DNA of 44,280 nucleotides from Pirellulales bacterium. GTDB lineage: Bacteria > Planctomycetota > Planctomycetia > Pirellulales > JAICIG01. Of this stretch, positions 34,752 through 44,280 are shown in pieces. A program made the position numbers and the translations under genes. The notes beneath the pieces are model-generated. The model did not search any database. It saw nothing but the letters and a program-made list of their open reading frames with translations, and was not told the DNA's origin. The stretch's first letter is position 1. Each line of letters opens with the position of its first letter. The stretch is taken from contig JBBDYJ010000009.1 in the NCBI GenBank assembly GCA_040901675.1, positions 1-44,280 of the forward strand. Reading direction: 5' to 3'.

Positions 34752-36004
34752 TTCGACGCTGGCTCGTCGCCGCCTGCTGCTTGCTGCTGTCCCCGTCAGG
34801 GTGCAACCACACTCCTCCCACCGGCGGCACGAAAGCGTCGCCTGCCCAGGTGGCTGTGCCGGCCAACGAGCAAGAGCTGGCCACGATCACCCTGACACCA
34901 CAGGCGGTGAAACGACTTGCTGTCGCCACGTCTCGTGTCCGGCAAAAGACGACCCGGCGGCGGCGGACGCTGGGCGGCGAGGTCATTGTGCCACCGGGCC
35001 GTGCGATCACTGTCTCCGCCCCGCTGGCCGGGAGGGTCGCCGAACCGGACGCCGGCATGGTGCCCCCTCCCGGGGCCACGGTGATGCGGGGCCAAGTCAT
35101 TCTCAACTTTACACCGCTCTTGTCGCCGGAGCGCGAAGTGCTCACGCCTGCCGACCGCGTGACGCTGGCCGAGGCGCGGGCGAAGCTGGCCACATCACAA
35201 ATCGAGTCCGAGCGCCAGGTGGAGACGGCAAAGGTCCAATTGAGCGCAGCCGAGACGGCCCTCGGGCGCGCCCAGCAGCTTGAACGCGATGGTGCCGGGT
35301 CGCGGAAGGCCGTTGAGGATGCCCAGGCAGCTTTTGGCGTGGCTCGCGAGGCCCTGCTGACGGCCCAGGCCAGGCATGAGCTCTTGAGCGGCATTTCGCT
35401 CGATGTGGAGGCCGGCGCGTTGTCGGCCCGCCAGGTTGTGGCGCCGATTGCGGGCAAGCTGCTCGCCGTGCATGCGGCCCCGGGTGAAACGGTGGGGCCA
35501 GGCGAGCCGCTTTTCGACATCGTCCGCGACGACCGCGTCTGGGTTCGTGTGCCCGTCTACGCGGGAGCGTGGCGCGAGATCGATTCCGAAGCCCCGGCGA
35601 TGGTCCGCGAGCTCGGGGCCGCCCTGGATTCTCCGGCCTGGAAGGCTGAGCCCATTGCGGCGCCTCCATCCGCCGATGCGGCGAAACTCACGGTCGATCT
35701 GGTCTATGAGCTGGACAATGCCCGGGCCCAACTGCGCCCCAGCCAGAAGGTTGCCGCCACGGTCACCCTCCGCGCCGAAGAGCGGGCGAAAGTGGTCCCC
35801 TGGGCGGCCGTGCTGCACGATATCCATGGCGGCGCTTGGGTCTACGAGAACGTGTCGCCGCGGACATTTGTTCGCCGCCGCGTCGCGGTCAAGTATGTGG
35901 CTGGCGCCCAGGCCGTCCTCGCGGAAGGGCCGGCCGTCGGCGCGCGCATCGTGACCGATGGTGCGGCCGAGCTTTTCGGAACGGAGTTCGGCTTCGGCAA
36001 ATAA
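34748..36004 (+). CDS. RND efflux periplasmic adaptor (MFP) subunit
   Basis: Lipobox PSGC; VSAPLAG and VVAPIAG lipoyl halves; coiled hairpin; VPWAAV; GTGA overlap with TolC. Confidence 0.9.
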   Translation: MIRRWLVAACCLLLSPSGCNHTPPTGGTKASPAQVAVPANEQELATITLTPQAVKRLAVATSRVRQKTTRRRRTLGGEVIVPPGRAITVSAPLAGRVAEPDAGMVPPPGATVMRGQVILNFTPLLSPEREVLTPADRVTLAEARAKLATSQIESERQVETAKVQLSAAETALGRAQQLERDGAGSRKAVEDAQAAFGVAREALLTAQARHELLSGISLDVEAGALSARQVVAPIAGKLLAVHAAPGETVGPGEPLFDIVRDDRVWVRVPVYAGAWREIDSEAPAMVRELGAALDSPAWKAEPIAAPPSADAAKLTVDLVYELDNARAQLRPSQKVAATVTLRAEERAKVVPWAAVLHDIHGGAWVYENVSPRTFVRRRVAVKYVAGAQAVLAEGPAVGARIVTDGAAELFGTEFGFGK

Positions 36005-39000
36005 TGTTACGTGGTCTGATCACATCGTCGCTGCGTCAACCGATCCTGGTGCTGGGATTGGCTGCCGCGCTGTTGGTCGGCGGCTTTCGCTCGCTGGGCA
36101 CGACTCCGCTCGATGTGTTTCCCGAGTTTGCGCCTCCCCTGGTGGAGATACAGACCGAAGCCCCTGGCCTGTCGACCGAAGAGGTGGAGAGCCTGGTCAC
36201 CGTCCCGCTTGAAAATGCCCTCAATGGGGTCCCCTGGCTCAAGACCATCCGCTCCAAATCGGTCCTGGGCCTGTCGAGCGTGGTATTGATCTTCCAGGAT
36301 GGCACCGACCTGTCTCGCGCCCGGCAGGTCGTGCAGGAGCGTCTGGGAGTGGAGGCCTCGCGCCTGCCCGTTGTCGCGCGTCCGCCGGTCATTCTCTCGC
36401 CCCTCTCGTCTACAAGTCGTGTTCTCAAGATCGGCATGTGGTCCGATCGCCTCACGCAGCTCGAAATGACCGAGCTGGCCCGCTGGACCGTGCGCCCCCG
36501 GCTGATGGCCGTGCCGGGCGTCGCCAACGTCGCCATCTGGGGACAGCGCGACCGGCAGTTGCAAGTGCTTGTCGACCCGGAACGGTTGAGGGCACACGGC
36601 GTGACGTTGGATACGGTCGTGCAAGCCGCCGGCCAGGCTGTTGCCGTCGCGGCGGGCGGCTTTGTCGATACGCCCAACCAGCGGCTGCCGCTGCGGCATG
36701 CCGGCGCCATCCGCGAGCCGGCGGACCTGGCCCAAGCCGTCCTGGACGACGGCCGCGATCCGCCGCTCCTCTTGGGCAACGTGGCCGAAGTGGTCGAAGG
36801 CTTTCCGCCACCCATCGGCGACGCCGTGATTAACGACCGGCCCGGATTGCTGCTGATCGTCGAGAAACAGCCGTGGGGCAATACCTTGGAGGTAACTCGA
36901 CAAGTCGAAGCGGCCCTGGAGACTCTGCGGCCGGCGCTCGAGGGGATCGAGTACGACGCCACGATTTTCCGGCCGGCCACCTTTATCGAACGATCGCTCG
37001 CGAACCTGTCGAGATCGCTCCTGATCGGGTGCGTCCTGGTCCTCTTTGTGCTCGGGCTGTTCCTTTACGACTGGCGGACCGCACTGATCAGCGCCACCGC
37101 AATACCCCTTTCGCTGGCCGCCGCCATGGTCGCGCTGCGCTGGACGGGGGCCACGATCAATACGATGGTGCTGGCCGGCCTGGTGATTGCCCTGGGCGAA
37201 GTGGTCGATGACGCGATCATCGACGTCGAGAATATTTCCCGCCGGCTGCGCCTGAACCAGGCGGCAGGCTCACCTCGGTCGGCGTTTCGCGTTGTCCTCG
37301 ATGCCTCGCTCGAGGTCCGTAGCGCCGTCGTCTACGCCAGCCTGATCGTCATGCTGGTGTTCTTGCCCGTTTTTTTTCTCGAGGGACTTGCCGGCGCTTT
37401 TTTCCGGCCCTTGGCCATCGCATACGTCCTGGCGATCCTGGCATCGCTGATCGTCGCGCTTACCGTGACGCCGGCCCTTTGCCTGCTGCTGCTGCCGGGT
37501 GCCTCCCGGGCGCGGCGCGAATCGCCCCTGCTGGGGCCGCTCAAAGCGCTCTACGGCCGCATCTTGCCAAGCTTCATAGCCCGTCCCCGGCGAGTGCTCG
37601 CTGGCGGCCTGGCCAGCATTGCCGCCGCGCTGGTGGTCCTGCCGTTCATGGGCGAGGAATTCCTCCCCAAGTTCCAGGAGACCGACTTCCTGATGCATTG
37701 GGTCGAGAAGCCCGGCACCTCGTTGTCCGCCATGCGGCGGATCACCATCCAAGCTAGCCGTGAGCTGCGCGGAATTCCCGGCGTGCGGAACTTCGGGGCG
37801 CATATCGGGCGTGCCGAGGTGGCCGACGAGGTGGTTGGGCCAAACTTCACTGAGCTATGGATCAGCCTCGATCCCCGCGTCGACTACCAGCCCACCGTGG
37901 CCGACGTGCAGGAAGTCGTCGATGGCTATCCGGGACTCTATCGCGACCTGCTGACGTATTTGAGCGAGCGAATCAAGGAAGTGCTGTCCGGCGCCGGCGC
38001 GAGCATCGTCGTCCGGATCTACGGTGCCGACCTCGCGGTGCTCCGCGGCAAGGCCGAAGAGGTTCGCCGGGCGATCGCCGGAGTGCCCGGCGTGGCCGAC
38101 CTCAAAGTCGAGCCCCAGGTGCTGGTGCCGCAGCTCGAAGTCCGCGTGCGGCCTGAGTCCGCGGCGCTGTTCGGCCTTACGCACGGCCGCGTACGCAAGA
38201 CGGTGGAAACGCTCGTGAAGGGTTCCAAGGTGGGTGAGGTGTACGAGGACCAGAAAGTCTTTGACGTGACGGTGTGGGGCGTTCCCGGCCTCAGGCGCGA
38301 TCTGGCGGCGATTCGCGAGCTCGCGATCGAAACGCCGGCCGGAGGCTACGTGCCGTTGCGCGACGTGGCGGACGTTGCCATCGCGCCAGCTCCGAACGAG
38401 ATCAAGCGGGAGGGAGCCTCTCGGCGCATTGACGTAACGTGCAACGTTTCGGGACGAGACCTGGGCAGTGTCAGCCGGGAAATCGAGGCGTGTGTCGGCA
38501 GGCTGCGTTTTCCGCGCGGGTATCACCCGGAATTCCTGGGCGAACATGCCGCTCGCGTCGCGTCTCGCGACCAGATCCTCCAATTGAGCGTGGTGGCCCT
38601 GCTGGGGATCGTTCTGCTGTTGCACTCGGACTTTCGCTCGACCCGTCTCGTGCTGCTGGTGTTGTTCAGCCTGCCGTTGGCTCTGGTGGGAGGCGTTGTC
38701 GGCGCATGGGTGGGTGGAGGATCGATTTCGCTCGGCTCGCTGGTCGGCCTCGTTACCGTGTTGGGCATCGCCGCTCGAAACGGCATCATGCTCGTCAGTC
38801 ATTTCCGCCATCTCGAAGAGCATGAAGGGCACCCGTTCGGACCGTCGCTGGTGCTGCGCGGTGCCCAGGAGCGGCTTTCTCCGATACTCATGACCGCCCT
38901 GACCGCGGGCCTGGCTTTGGTGCCGTTGGTCGTCGCGGGCAACCGTCCCGGCCACGAAATCGAGCACCCGATGGCCTTGGTGATTCTCGGCGGCCTGGTC

Positions 39001-39102
39001 AGCTCAACGCTGCTCAATCTGCTCTTGATCCCAGCCCTCTACGCCCGCTACGGACGCCCCTGGCCGGCGCAGCCGGCAGCGGCGGACCCAACAGTCAATT
39101 GA
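36004..39102 (+). CDS. CusA/CzcA-like RND efflux permease
   Basis: [55 protein letters not shown] overlap with the MFP gene. Confidence 0.95.
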   Translation: MLRGLITSSLRQPILVLGLAAALLVGGFRSLGTTPLDVFPEFAPPLVEIQTEAPGLSTEEVESLVTVPLENALNGVPWLKTIRSKSVLGLSSVVLIFQDGTDLSRARQVVQERLGVEASRLPVVARPPVILSPLSSTSRVLKIGMWSDRLTQLEMTELARWTVRPRLMAVPGVANVAIWGQRDRQLQVLVDPERLRAHGVTLDTVVQAAGQAVAVAAGGFVDTPNQRLPLRHAGAIREPADLAQAVLDDGRDPPLLLGNVAEVVEGFPPPIGDAVINDRPGLLLIVEKQPWGNTLEVTRQVEAALETLRPALEGIEYDATIFRPATFIERSLANLSRSLLIGCVLVLFVLGLFLYDWRTALISATAIPLSLAAAMVALRWTGATINTMVLAGLVIALGEVVDDAIIDVENISRRLRLNQAAGSPRSAFRVVLDASLEVRSAVVYASLIVMLVFLPVFFLEGLAGAFFRPLAIAYVLAILASLIVALTVTPALCLLLLPGASRARRESPLLGPLKALYGRILPSFIARPRRVLAGGLASIAAALVVLPFMGEEFLPKFQETDFLMHWVEKPGTSLSAMRRITIQASRELRGIPGVRNFGAHIGRAEVADEVVGPNFTELWISLDPRVDYQPTVADVQEVVDGYPGLYRDLLTYLSERIKEVLSGAGASIVVRIYGADLAVLRGKAEEVRRAIAGVPGVADLKVEPQVLVPQLEVRVRPESAALFGLTHGRVRKTVETLVKGSKVGEVYEDQKVFDVTVWGVPGLRRDLAAIRELAIETPAGGYVPLRDVADVAIAPAPNEIKREGASRRIDVTCNVSGRDLGSVSREIEACVGRLRFPRGYHPEFLGEHAARVASRDQILQLSVVALLGIVLLLHSDFRSTRLVLLVLFSLPLALVGGVVGAWVGGGSISLGSLVGLVTVLGIAARNGIMLVSHFRHLEEHEGHPFGPSLVLRGAQERLSPILMTALTAGLALVPLVVAGNRPGHEIEHPMALVILGGLVSSTLLNLLLIPALYARYGRPWPAQPAAADPTVN

Positions 39103-39295
39103 CCCCGACGAGAATCGGAAAGACACCACCGCGACGAGGCAAAGGCGTTCGCGCTCGGCAACCGAGTCGGCTCCCAGGACGCCGACGTGCACGACTCCGA
39201 CATCGAGATCGGCTACCTGGCAAACCCCTACGAAAGCACGCCAATGCCGTCAAGGCCGCTGGACCGCAGCGCGATCGCTCCGTCCACACGTTTTT

Positions 39296-40294
39296 TCAGG
39301 CCCGCTCGATCGGAAAGCTCAGCACTTCGTCAATAGCCGACGCGCCAGCGGCAAGCATCACGAGCCGGTCGAAACCCAACGCCGCCCCGGAGCACTTCGG
39401 CAAACCGTGCTCCATCGCCTCCAGCAGGCGGCTGGCCTCCGGCAACACGCGCTTGTCCATCAAGGCACGCTGTTGATTCGCCAGCCTGCCGCGCTCGGCC
39501 AGCTCGGACGGATCCAACAGCTCGTGGTAACCGTTCGCCAGCTCGATGCCGCGGGCGAACAACTCGAAACGTTCGGCCACGGGAGGCGGCCCTTGCCGCA
39601 CCTTGGCTAAGGCCGCCTGGCTGGCCGGATAATCGTAGAGAATCACCGGGGCGGCCTGCCCCAAGTGGGGCTGTACCAGCTCGACCAGCAGGAATTCGAG
39701 CCAGCCGTCGCGATCGGATGCTGTCAGGCTGGCCGGCGGGCGAAGGCCGCGGGCCCTGGCCGCTTCCGCCAATCGCTCCATCGGCGCCGAGTGCGGCTCG
39801 ACTCCCGCGTACTCGGTGAAAGCCTGCGCATAGCTCAGCCGGGCGGCCGGTCCCAGCCCCAACAGCCTCTCCACCAGGTCGGACAACAACTGCATCCCCT
39901 CGGCCAGTCCGTCGCCCCGGCGGTACCACTCGACCAGCGTGAACTCGGGATTGTGAAGCGGCCCCCGTTCATGGCGGCGAAAGGCGCGCGTCACCTGGTA
40001 GATGGCCTGGCCGCCGGCGGCCATCAGCCGCTTCATGCCGAACTCCGGCGAAGTCTGCAGCCAGAGGCGGCCGCCGCCGGGCGAATCGGCTTCGACCGCG
40101 AACGGCTCCAGGTGCCGGTCGACGACCACGTCGGCCGACAAGAGCGGCGTCTCGACCTCCAGGAACTGCCGCTCCTGGAAAAACCGCCGCAGCTCGCCCA
40201 GCAACCGCGAGCGCAAAGCCAGCCTGTCCCAGTTCGCCGTGGGACGCCAGTCGGGTGCAGGTCGTCCCGGCAAAGCAGCCATCGCGGTGCACAC
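39296..40294 (-). CDS. epmA: EF-P lysine aminoacylase (GenX/PoxA)
   Basis: FLEVETP, LQTSPEFGMKRL, FR..E.G..HNPEFTLVEWY, ERFELF..GIELANGY, GAALGFDRL; no anticodon domain; adjacent to efp. Confidence 0.95.
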   Translation of the reverse strand: MCTAMAALPGRPAPDWRPTANWDRLALRSRLLGELRRFFQERQFLEVETPLLSADVVVDRHLEPFAVEADSPGGGRLWLQTSPEFGMKRLMAAGGQAIYQVTRAFRRHERGPLHNPEFTLVEWYRRGDGLAEGMQLLSDLVERLLGLGPAARLSYAQAFTEYAGVEPHSAPMERLAEAARARGLRPPASLTASDRDGWLEFLLVELVQPHLGQAAPVILYDYPASQAALAKVRQGPPPVAERFELFARGIELANGYHELLDPSELAERGRLANQQRALMDKRVLPEASRLLEAMEHGLPKCSGAALGFDRLVMLAAGASAIDEVLSFPIERA

Positions 40295-40863
40295 TATTCC
40301 TTGGCCCGCTCGATGTACTCGCCGGTGCGAGTGTCGACCTTGATCAGGTCGCCGATGTCGACGAAGGCGGGGCAGAGCATTTCCGCCCCCGTCTCCAGCT
40401 TGACCGGCTTGGTGAGGTTGGTGGCCGTGTTGCCGCGTACCGCCGGCTCGCAGTATTCGATCCTGAGCACTACGTGGTTGGGGGGCGTGACCGTGATCGG
40501 GTTGTTGTTGAAGAGCACCATGTTGCAGATGGTGCCTTCCTTGATGTATTTCCAGGCGTCGTCGACCTGGGCGGCCGTCAGCTCGTACTGTTCATACGTG
40601 GTGTTGTCCATGAACACGAACATCTCGCCTTGCCGGTACAGGTACTGGGCCGCGATCTCGGTGATGTCGGCCGCTTCGAGCGAATCGCCCCCCTTGTAGG
40701 TCCGCTCCAGCACCGTATTGCGGAGCAGGTTCTTGAGCTTGCACTTGTACAAGGCATTGCCTTTGCCCGGCTTGACGAAATTGCACTCGATCATCAGGTA
40801 GGGATCGCCGTCCAACTGGACCTTCAAACCCTTCTTGAACTCACTCGTTGAGTAGCTTGCCAC
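40294..40863 (-). CDS. efp: translation elongation factor P
   Basis: FVKPGKGNA (Lys34 loop), QYLY, FMD..TYEQ, RGNTA..KP..LETG, KVDTRTGEY. Confidence 0.97.
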   Translation of the reverse strand: MASYSTSEFKKGLKVQLDGDPYLMIECNFVKPGKGNALYKCKLKNLLRNTVLERTYKGGDSLEAADITEIAAQYLYRQGEMFVFMDNTTYEQYELTAAQVDDAWKYIKEGTICNMVLFNNNPITVTPPNHVVLRIEYCEPAVRGNTATNLTKPVKLETGAEMLCPAFVDIGDLIKVDTRTGEYIERAKE

Positions 40864-40913
40864 GGTACTTTTCCTGTTTCGCTGCCATGGAATCGCGGGT
40901 TATGCTAAGTGGA

Positions 40914-41951
40914 ATGAACCGTCTCGATATTCTACCGGCCTTGGACAACCCCGCACCGCTGCCTGCGTTCGAGCCGGTCGGGTGGCGGCAGGCGCTGCGC
41001 GACGCCGTTCGCGACCCCCTCGAGCTCTGCCGCCTGCTGCGACTGCCCCAGCGGTGCGAGGCGGCGGCCGTGCGGGCCGCCCGGCAGTTCGGGCTGTTCG
41101 CCCCGCGGGGATACATCGCTCGCATGCGGCCGGGAGACCCGGACGATCCGCTGCTGCGCCAAGTGCTACCCCTCGAGGAGGAACTGGTTTTAGCGCCCGG
41201 CTTCGTCCGCGACCCGGTCAACGATGCCGGCGCGGCCCTTCAGGCCGGTCTGCTCCAGAAATACGCCACTCGCGCGCTGATCGTAGCAACTGGAGCCTGC
41301 GCCGTCCATTGCCGTTATTGCTTTCGCCGCCACTATCCTTACTCCGAGGGGCCCCGCTCGCTCGCAGAGTGGGAACCCGCCCTGCAGCGGATTGCCGCCG
41401 ACCCCTCGCTCGACGAGGTCATCCTCAGCGGCGGCGATCCCCTCACGCTGGTCGACGACTGGCTGGGGCGCCTGGTCGGCCGCCTGGCCGCCATCGGACA
41501 CCTGCGGCGGCTGCGGATCCACACCCGCCTGCCGATCGTCATCCCCGAGCGGGTCTGCGACGACCTGCTGGCCTGGCTGTGCGGCAGCCGGCTGACGACG
41601 ATTGTGGTGGTCCACGCCAACCACCCAGCCGAGCTGGCGCCCGACGTCGAGGCCGCCTTGGCTCGCCTGGCCGACGCCGGCCTGCTGCTGCTCAACCAAT
41701 CGGTGCTGCTCAAGGGGGTGAACGACGACGCCGACGTCCTGGCCAGCCTCTGCCGGCGGCTGGTCGATCTGCGGGTGATCCCGTACTATCTACACCAACT
41801 GGACCGCGTGGCCGGAGCCGCCCATTTCGAGGTGCCCCAGCAGGTGGGCCTCGAGCTGATGGCCCGGCTCCGCGAGCGGCTGCCTGGTTATGCCGTGCCC
41901 CGCTACGTCCAGGAAACAGCGGGCGAAACCCACAAGCGAGTGCTGGCATGA
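40914..41951 (+). CDS. epmB: EF-P beta-lysylation radical SAM lysine 2,3-aminomutase
   Basis: DPLLRQVLP, GLLQKY, CAVHCRYCFRR, ILSGGDPL, HTRLPIVIPER, HANH, NQSVLLKGVND, PYYLH; divergent from efp. Confidence 0.93.
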   Translation: MNRLDILPALDNPAPLPAFEPVGWRQALRDAVRDPLELCRLLRLPQRCEAAAVRAARQFGLFAPRGYIARMRPGDPDDPLLRQVLPLEEELVLAPGFVRDPVNDAGAALQAGLLQKYATRALIVATGACAVHCRYCFRRHYPYSEGPRSLAEWEPALQRIAADPSLDEVILSGGDPLTLVDDWLGRLVGRLAAIGHLRRLRIHTRLPIVIPERVCDDLLAWLCGSRLTTIVVVHANHPAELAPDVEAALARLADAGLLLLNQSVLLKGVNDDADVLASLCRRLVDLRVIPYYLHQLDRVAGAAHFEVPQQVGLELMARLRERLPGYAVPRYVQETAGETHKRVLA

Positions 41952-43279
41952 AAGTGGGAAGGATGATCACCCCGATGCGATCCTGCGCCGGACTCTACTG
42001 CCTGCCGTGTTGCATCCTGGCTTGGACTCTTTCCATGCAGGCCCTAGCCGCCGAGAATTGGCCCGCCTGGCGCGGCCCCCTTGGCGACGGAACCAGCGAG
42101 GCACAGGACCTGCCCGTGGTCTGGAACGAGCGGCACGGCCTGGCGTGGAAGGCCGCCCTGCCCGAGTGGGGCACCAGCACGCCGGCTATCTGGGGCGACG
42201 CCCTGTTTGTGACCACGCAAGAGCTCGATCGCTTGCTGCTGTCGCGGCTGGATGCCAGGACCGGCCAAGTGGTCTGGACCGTCGAAGTCGGCAGGGCCGA
42301 GACGCCGCGCACCGGACCGCCTCGCGGCGCGCAGAAATTCCATGAGCTGCAAAACAACGCCAGCCCGTCTCCGGTAACCGACGGCGAAATCGTGGTGGCC
42401 CATTTCGGCAACGGCGACCTGGCCGCTTACGACTTCGACGGCGGCGAGCTGTGGCGTCACAACCTGGCCGAAGAACACGGCGCCTACAGCATCTGGTGGG
42501 GGCACGCCAACAGCCCGGTCCTGCACGGCGACCTCGTGATCTCGATCTCGATGCAGGATTCGCTCGAAGGGATAACCGATCCGCTTTCGCCCAGCTACCT
42601 GGTGGCCCACGACAAGCGCACGGGGCGCGAGCGGTGGAAAACCATGCGCATGACCGAGGCCGATGGCGAAGAGTGCGACTCGTATACCACTCCAGTCCCC
42701 TGCCGCGTGGGGGACCACTGGGAACTGCTGGTGATGGGCGGCAACCAGCTCGATGCCTACGACCCCGCTACCGGCAAGCAGCTTTGGTTCCTGCCGGGGC
42801 TCAAGGGCGGGCGCACGATTACCGGGCCGACCGTCGCCCAGGGCATGGCCTATGCCACCGTCGGGATGCGCGGCGACCTCGTGGCGGTGCCGCTGGGAGG
42901 CCAGGGCGAGCTCACGCGGCGGGACGTCGTCTGGAAAGCAGCCGCCGCCACCCCCGACACTCCCTGCCCGGTGGTCTGGCGGGACCTGTTGTTCACCGTC
43001 AGCGACGACGGGATTGCCTGCTGCTACGATGCCCATCGCGGCCACTTGAAATGGAAACAGCGGCTGCCGGGCAGCTACAAGGCCTCGCCCGTGGCCGCCG
43101 AGGGCAGGGTCTATTTTCTCAACATGCAGGGCCTGGCCACGGTCGTTTCCGCCAGCGACCGCTTCGAGCGATTGGCCCGCAACCAGCTCGACGACGAGAC
43201 CACGGCCTCGCCGGCAGTCGCGGGCGGCCGCATCTATATCCGCGGCCGGAAGTTCCTGTACGCGATCGAGAAGAAATGA
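41948..43279 (+). CDS. PQQ-like beta-propeller (BamB-like) secreted protein
   Basis: Signal peptide, ENWPAWRGP, repeated S/TP...D..TG...W blades; start may be 41948, 41963 or 41975. Confidence 0.88.
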   Translation: MKVGRMITPMRSCAGLYCLPCCILAWTLSMQALAAENWPAWRGPLGDGTSEAQDLPVVWNERHGLAWKAALPEWGTSTPAIWGDALFVTTQELDRLLLSRLDARTGQVVWTVEVGRAETPRTGPPRGAQKFHELQNNASPSPVTDGEIVVAHFGNGDLAAYDFDGGELWRHNLAEEHGAYSIWWGHANSPVLHGDLVISISMQDSLEGITDPLSPSYLVAHDKRTGRERWKTMRMTEADGEECDSYTTPVPCRVGDHWELLVMGGNQLDAYDPATGKQLWFLPGLKGGRTITGPTVAQGMAYATVGMRGDLVAVPLGGQGELTRRDVVWKAAAATPDTPCPVVWRDLLFTVSDDGIACCYDAHRGHLKWKQRLPGSYKASPVAAEGRVYFLNMQGLATVVSASDRFERLARNQLDDETTASPAVAGGRIYIRGRKFLYAIEKK

Positions 43280-43322
43280 GCCGCCCGGCCCGGAACATTG
43301 AGACTACGGAAAGTCGCCGGCC

Positions 43323-44123
43323 ATGAAGCGCGTGGCCTGGCTGACCGATATTCACTTGAACTTCCTGGCCGCTTTTCAGCGCCACGACTTCCTGCATGTT
43401 CTGGCCCAAAGCCGGCCCGACGTTCTGCTGATCGGCGGCGACGTGGCCGAGGCCCTGGACCTGCTGGATCATTTGGGCGAGATCGCCGAGGCGGTCCCCT
43501 GCCCCATCTACTTCGTGCTGGGCAATCACGACTACTACCACGGCTCGATCCGGCGCGTGCGAGAACAGGTTCGCCTGTTTTGCCGCGAGCATCCCCGGCT
43601 GACCTGGCTTTCGGATGCGGGCGTTGTCGAGTTGACCTCCGGGACCGGCCTGGTGGGTCACGACGGCTGGGCCGACGGCCGGCTGGGCGACTACGAGCGC
43701 TCGCTCGTGCTGATGAACGATTACCGGCTGATCGAGGAGCTTTCGCACCTGGGCAAGCTCGATCGCTGGCAGCGGCTCAAGGCGCTTGGAGACGAGGCGG
43801 CCGACCACATCCGCGCCGTTTTGCCGGCCGCTCTGGAGGCCTACCCGCACGTGCTCCTCTTGACTCACGTGCCTCCGCTGCGCGAGGCCTGTTGGTACCA
43901 GGGGCGGCCTTCGAACGACGAGTGGGCGCCCCACTTCACCTGTTATGCAATGGGCCAGGCGCTGTTGGAGATCATGAGCGAGCATCCCGATCGTCAACTG
44001 ACCGTTTTTTGCGGCCACACCCACAGTCCCGGCGAGTGCCGCCCGCTCTCGAACCTTCGCATTCTCACCGGCGCCGCCGAGTACGGCCACCCCCGCATCC
44101 AGCAAGTATTTGAGTTGCAATGA
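43323..44123 (+). CDS. calcineurin-like metallophosphoesterase
   Basis: TDIH, GGD, GNHD, THVPP and GHTH motifs. Confidence 0.9.
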   Translation: MKRVAWLTDIHLNFLAAFQRHDFLHVLAQSRPDVLLIGGDVAEALDLLDHLGEIAEAVPCPIYFVLGNHDYYHGSIRRVREQVRLFCREHPRLTWLSDAGVVELTSGTGLVGHDGWADGRLGDYERSLVLMNDYRLIEELSHLGKLDRWQRLKALGDEAADHIRAVLPAALEAYPHVLLLTHVPPLREACWYQGRPSNDEWAPHFTCYAMGQALLEIMSEHPDRQLTVFCGHTHSPGECRPLSNLRILTGAAEYGHPRIQQVFELQ

Positions 44124-44205
44124 GAGCTTGGATCTTGGAACTTAGATCTTGGGACTTGGATTACGGCGTTGGGTGGCTGGTGGCAAAGCGGTAGCGTGCC
44201 CCAGT
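44124..44205. repeat. heptamer tract (GATCTTG-like x5) plus REP-like palindrome
   Basis: GAGCTTG GATCTTG GAACTTA GATCTTG GGACTTG (44124-44158); GGGTGGCTGGTGGCAAAGCGGTAGCGTGCCCCAG (44171-44204) is nearly identical to 8546-8578. Confidence 0.8.
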
Positions 44206-44280
44206 AAGAACCACCGAACGATGAAGCGCCTTGTTTCGCCCTTACAGATGGAACGGTTGATGTCAATAGGCGTCGGGCGT

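Noticed and set aside
39296..41951. epmA-efp-epmB as a novel system
   Set aside because: Well-known EF-P beta-lysylation cluster with the canonical PGKG lysine.

Overview
GC-rich bacterial DNA whose gene content (planctomycete cytochrome c/DUF1592-DUF1552 pair, PQQ-like propeller, TadG-like protein, bacterial topoisomerase VI, XylR-type regulator) points to Planctomycetota, probably Pirellulales (inference). From left to right: a minus-strand accessory module (ECF sigma factor, small unknown proteins, a coiled-coil/TM protein, an ISP-like S8 protease and the start of a probable GT9 gene) carrying two copies of a ~47-bp palindromic motif; two small secreted aromatic-rich proteins; top6B-top6A; a REP/heptamer repeat cluster; a P-II protein and a 2Fe-2S ferredoxin; a prfC-MFS-hypothetical-two-methyltransferase operon; XylR divergent from a LamG-containing DUF1592 gene plus DUF1552; a four-gene ABC-2 exporter; an iron-containing ADH; thyX interrupted by an endonuclease-less intein carrying an excisionase-like HTH; a CaMKII-hub-like protein; a secreted protein plus TadG-like protein; a c-di-GMP-I riboswitch with an SD-sequestering hairpin ahead of two tiny ORFs; a TolC-MFP-CusA/CzcA efflux cassette flanked by a duplicated epmA 3' end; epmA-efp/epmB; a beta-propeller protein and a metallophosphoesterase. 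No tRNA, rRNA, CRISPR array, integrase or transposase was recognised. All family calls come from motif reading, not database searches.
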